Origin: Candidatus Bathyarchaeum sp.
GTDB lineage: Archaea > Thermoproteota > Bathyarchaeia > Bathyarchaeales > Bathyarchaeaceae
Length of the DNA stretch: 26,510 nucleotides
Assembly: GCA_026014495.1 (NCBI GenBank)
Contig: JAOZIF010000158.1
Coordinates: forward strand, 1-26,510
Direction: 5' to 3'
The notes beneath the pieces are model-generated. The model saw only the letters and a list, made by a program, of their open reading frames with translations. It was not told the DNA's origin and made no database searches. Made by a program: the position numbers and the translations under genes. Shown here piece after piece: positions 24,098 through 26,510 of this stretch (position 1 is its first letter; every line of letters starts with the position of its first letter).

Positions 24098-24548
24098 GTT
24101 AACCGAGAAAATGATTATGAAAACTGTGTTTCCCAGAGTTCTTAAGGCAACTATATGGGGTTCAATAACTTTTCTTATTGTCTATTATTTGCCAATGCAG
24201 TTCTTGTCCACGGGTATTCTTCCCCTTGATTACAGTGTTGCTCTGTTGGACTTTGCGATGATATCTGTCTTTTTTGTTGTTGTTGGTCAGCTTTTGTCAG
24301 GAACAATTATAGGATGTGGATTTGGCATAGCAAGGGCACTTGTCATAATGTTCTTCTTTTTTTCTGTCGCTGATGGCGGCATTTTCAGCCTGATGTTACC
24401 GATTACAGAGGTTACAATAGAATTCACAGTTGACCTTAGCATCGTTCTTTTGATGATTGTTTCTGTGAATCTGTTTGACATAGCAAAAAATCTTCTTGAA
24501 GCCATAACACTGCTTACCGACAAAACAACTGAAATTGAGATTGATTAA
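24090..24548 (+). CDS. Hypothetical multi-pass membrane protein
   Basis: ATG 24090 overlaps the upstream stop (ATGGTTGA); about 4 hydrophobic segments. Confidence 0.75.
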   Translation: MVELTEKMIMKTVFPRVLKATIWGSITFLIVYYLPMQFLSTGILPLDYSVALLDFAMISVFFVVVGQLLSGTIIGCGFGIARALVIMFFFFSVADGGIFSLMLPITEVTIEFTVDLSIVLLMIVSVNLFDIAKNLLEAITLLTDKTTEIEID

Positions 24549-24571
24549 ATCATGTCCTGCAGGGGATAACA

Positions 24572-26311
24572 TTGGTTAGATTAAACAAATCATCACTAAT
24601 CCTTTTGTTAACACTCCTACTGGCGTTAGAATTACTTGCTTGCCCTGTGTTTTCTGCCTCTTTAAACAAAACAGACACTAAAGCTATCAAAATTGAATTC
24701 CCAGAAGCTGAAGCGCCTAATGAAGCAGCTATTTTCCAGAAGGGCATGTCATACACGGCTTGGTCCAGTGATGCCTTTAGCTATTCTGAAGCTGATGAGT
24801 CTTTGGAGCTTCTAATGCAAACAAACACTGAGTGGGTAGCAATATGTTTTTCTTGGTTTCAATCTAGCACGACATCATATGATATACATCTTGATGCTAG
24901 CAGTTCGCCAACCACAGAATCGGTTAAACATGCTATAACAGCAGCTCACAGCTTAGGCTTGAAAGTTATGTTAAAACCCATGGTTGAAGCAACAGAACGC
25001 AAAGAATCACTGTCATATCCAGTGTGGAGAGGCGAAATTCAGCCTTCTGATGAGTGGTTTGAAAGTTATTCAAGTTTCATCAATTTCTTTGCCGAGTTTG
25101 CTGAAGAAAACAATGTGGAGCTTTTCTGTGTTGGCTGTGAATACAAACAAACAACTGGAGAAACAGAACAATGGGAAAACGTAATCCAAGGAGTACGCGA
25201 GCACTACCCTGGTCCAATAACTTATGCTGCGGACTGGACAAACTACCAAAACATCGAATGGTGGGACTCTTTAGACTATGTGGGAATAGATGCCTACTTT
25301 CCGTTGACGCTCTTAGATAGCGACCCAACCTTTGAGGAACTAAAGACCGTTTGGATAAACCACGCAGACGAGATTGAAGCATGGTTAGCCACAGTAAACA
25401 AGCCCGTAATATTCACAGAAATTGGTTATAGAAGTGGCGATGGAACGAGCATGGCTCCATCAAACTACTGGACAGACATGGCGGTTGATGTTCAAGAGCA
25501 AAATGACTGTTACGAAGCCGCCTTTCAGACATTATGGACTAGGAGCTGGTTCTCTGGATTTTATTGGTGGACGTGGACAACTAAACCCGCAGAAGGTGGA
25601 CTTGACGATTCTGGTCATGTGCCACAAAACAAGCCCACACAAGATGTCATAGCTTCGTGGTATTCTTTGGATAGAAAAGTTGCAGTTGTAGACCAAACAT
25701 TCACAAGCGCCCAGAAATGTGGTATCAATGAAGCACAGTTAGTAGGTTTTCATGTAAGTTGGGAGCACGACGGCGCTGATGTGGTTGGTACAAGTGTGTA
25801 CGTTAATGGAACCGAGCATGTGACAAATGGAACCGGGTGGATAACTTTTAGTGCAGTGTATTCAACTGTAGGTGAGCGCTCATGGGTTGTCACAAGTTTT
25901 GAGCATCACGAATCAAGCGGATACACGCTAGCCGTTGAAAGTCCCCGTATAGTTTGGGACCAAATTATCATTAATATAAAAGTTGACTTATCGTTTGGTA
26001 CAACAAAAGTAACAGTAAAACCAATCCACGTTTACGACCAATCCGCAGTAACGGGCGCAACGATTTTTGTAAACGACAAAACATGTGCAGAAACAGAGCT
26101 CGGAATCTACGAACTGATAATAAACTCTTGGAATCCAATCCAGTCGTTAACTGTTAAAACTGACGCAACAGAACTGCCCACGGAAACTTTGACAACATCA
26201 ACAGTTCATACCCTGAACATCATCTTATATGCTGTACTTGCCGCGGCAATTATTATTGTACCATTGGTTGTGTTCTTAAAACGGCGTCACAAATCCCAGC
26301 TAACCCCATGA
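24572..26311 (+). CDS. Secreted, C-terminally membrane-anchored GH113-like glycoside hydrolase (beta-mannanase-type TIM barrel)
   Basis: Signal peptide; KGMSY, GLKVMLKPMV, WRGEI, FCVGCEY (acid/base), ITYAADW, WWDSLDYVGIDAYFPL, VIFTEIGY (nucleophile) and GFYWW; C-terminal TM + KRR. Confidence 0.85.
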   Translation: MVRLNKSSLILLLTLLLALELLACPVFSASLNKTDTKAIKIEFPEAEAPNEAAIFQKGMSYTAWSSDAFSYSEADESLELLMQTNTEWVAICFSWFQSSTTSYDIHLDASSSPTTESVKHAITAAHSLGLKVMLKPMVEATERKESLSYPVWRGEIQPSDEWFESYSSFINFFAEFAEENNVELFCVGCEYKQTTGETEQWENVIQGVREHYPGPITYAADWTNYQNIEWWDSLDYVGIDAYFPLTLLDSDPTFEELKTVWINHADEIEAWLATVNKPVIFTEIGYRSGDGTSMAPSNYWTDMAVDVQEQNDCYEAAFQTLWTRSWFSGFYWWTWTTKPAEGGLDDSGHVPQNKPTQDVIASWYSLDRKVAVVDQTFTSAQKCGINEAQLVGFHVSWEHDGADVVGTSVYVNGTEHVTNGTGWITFSAVYSTVGERSWVVTSFEHHESSGYTLAVESPRIVWDQIIINIKVDLSFGTTKVTVKPIHVYDQSAVTGATIFVNDKTCAETELGIYELIINSWNPIQSLTVKTDATELPTETLTTSTVHTLNIILYAVLAAAIIIVPLVVFLKRRHKSQLTP

Positions 26312-26366
26312 ATGCATGTATAACAAGTACACCAAAGTATCTTGTTGACAACACTCTTTTTTCCAA

Positions 26367-26510
26367 GAAAAATTAGTTCAACCGTTTTCTTAGTAATGTA
26401 TTTGTGAACTTTTTTAGTAAATGTGTGCTGTGCAGAATTTTTCAGAAAAAAGCTAGTTTTCAACAATGTACCTCTATTAGGAGACTAATATGCCGCACAG
26501 AAATGTGAAT
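26367..26510. repeat. Third, inverted copy of the noncoding module at 20606-20763; runs off the window end
   Basis: Reverse complement ATTCACATTTCTGTGCGGCATATTAGTCTCCTAATAGAGGTACATTGTTGAAAACTAGCTTTTTTCTGAAAAATTCTGCACAGCACACA matches 20606 onward with few substitutions. Confidence 0.92.

Noticed and set aside
181-25652. Numerous 60-150-aa ORFs in the track overlapping longer genes (e.g. 5578-5997, 15698-16144, 21823-22122, 22111-22494, 25080-25382)
   Set aside because: Antisense or alternative-frame shadows of well-supported genes with no recognisable motifs
1-26510. tRNA, rRNA, IS/transposase or cas genes
   Set aside because: No T-loop/D-loop cloverleaf signatures in intergenic regions, no rRNA-like stretch, and no DDE/HUH/Cas motifs in any ORF

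Overview
A 26.5-kb archaeal chromosomal segment. The TACK lineage, most likely Bathyarchaeia, is inferred from an SmAP3-type Lsm protein, a short helicase-less XPF, a PUA-less TgtA and many PadR/wHTH regulators. Housekeeping genes include a class I/II aminotransferase (C-terminally truncated at the window edge), a beta-CASP ribonuclease, tgtA, a PAC2 chaperone, Lsm, a glmM-glmU-like pair, xpf, NUDIX and AK6. Three regions stand out. (1) 5676-9796: an orphan three-gene cassette centred on a 1235-aa virion fibre/spike-like protein (Zn ribbon, tandem ConA-like domains, fibre repeats, and a DUF2190-like domain split by a His-x-His needle), with no other viral genes. (2) 14283-19968: a regulator-rich island with divergent PadR genes around a palindromic operator, a polyprenyl-synthase homologue lacking IPP-binding residues (ComQ-like pattern), an exact 196-bp tandem duplication carrying a 51-codon ORF and preceded by a divergent alternative gene end, an MFS transporter and an HTH-MinD/ParA pair. 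This may be an archaeal prenyl-signal system, which is only a hypothesis. (3) A multi-palindrome noncoding module in three copies (20535, 20626, and inverted at the window end) whose 4-bp core is flipped between copies. The window ends with a membrane-anchored GH113-like glycoside hydrolase. No tRNA, rRNA, CRISPR array, integrase or transposase was seen. All family names come from motif recognition, not database searches.
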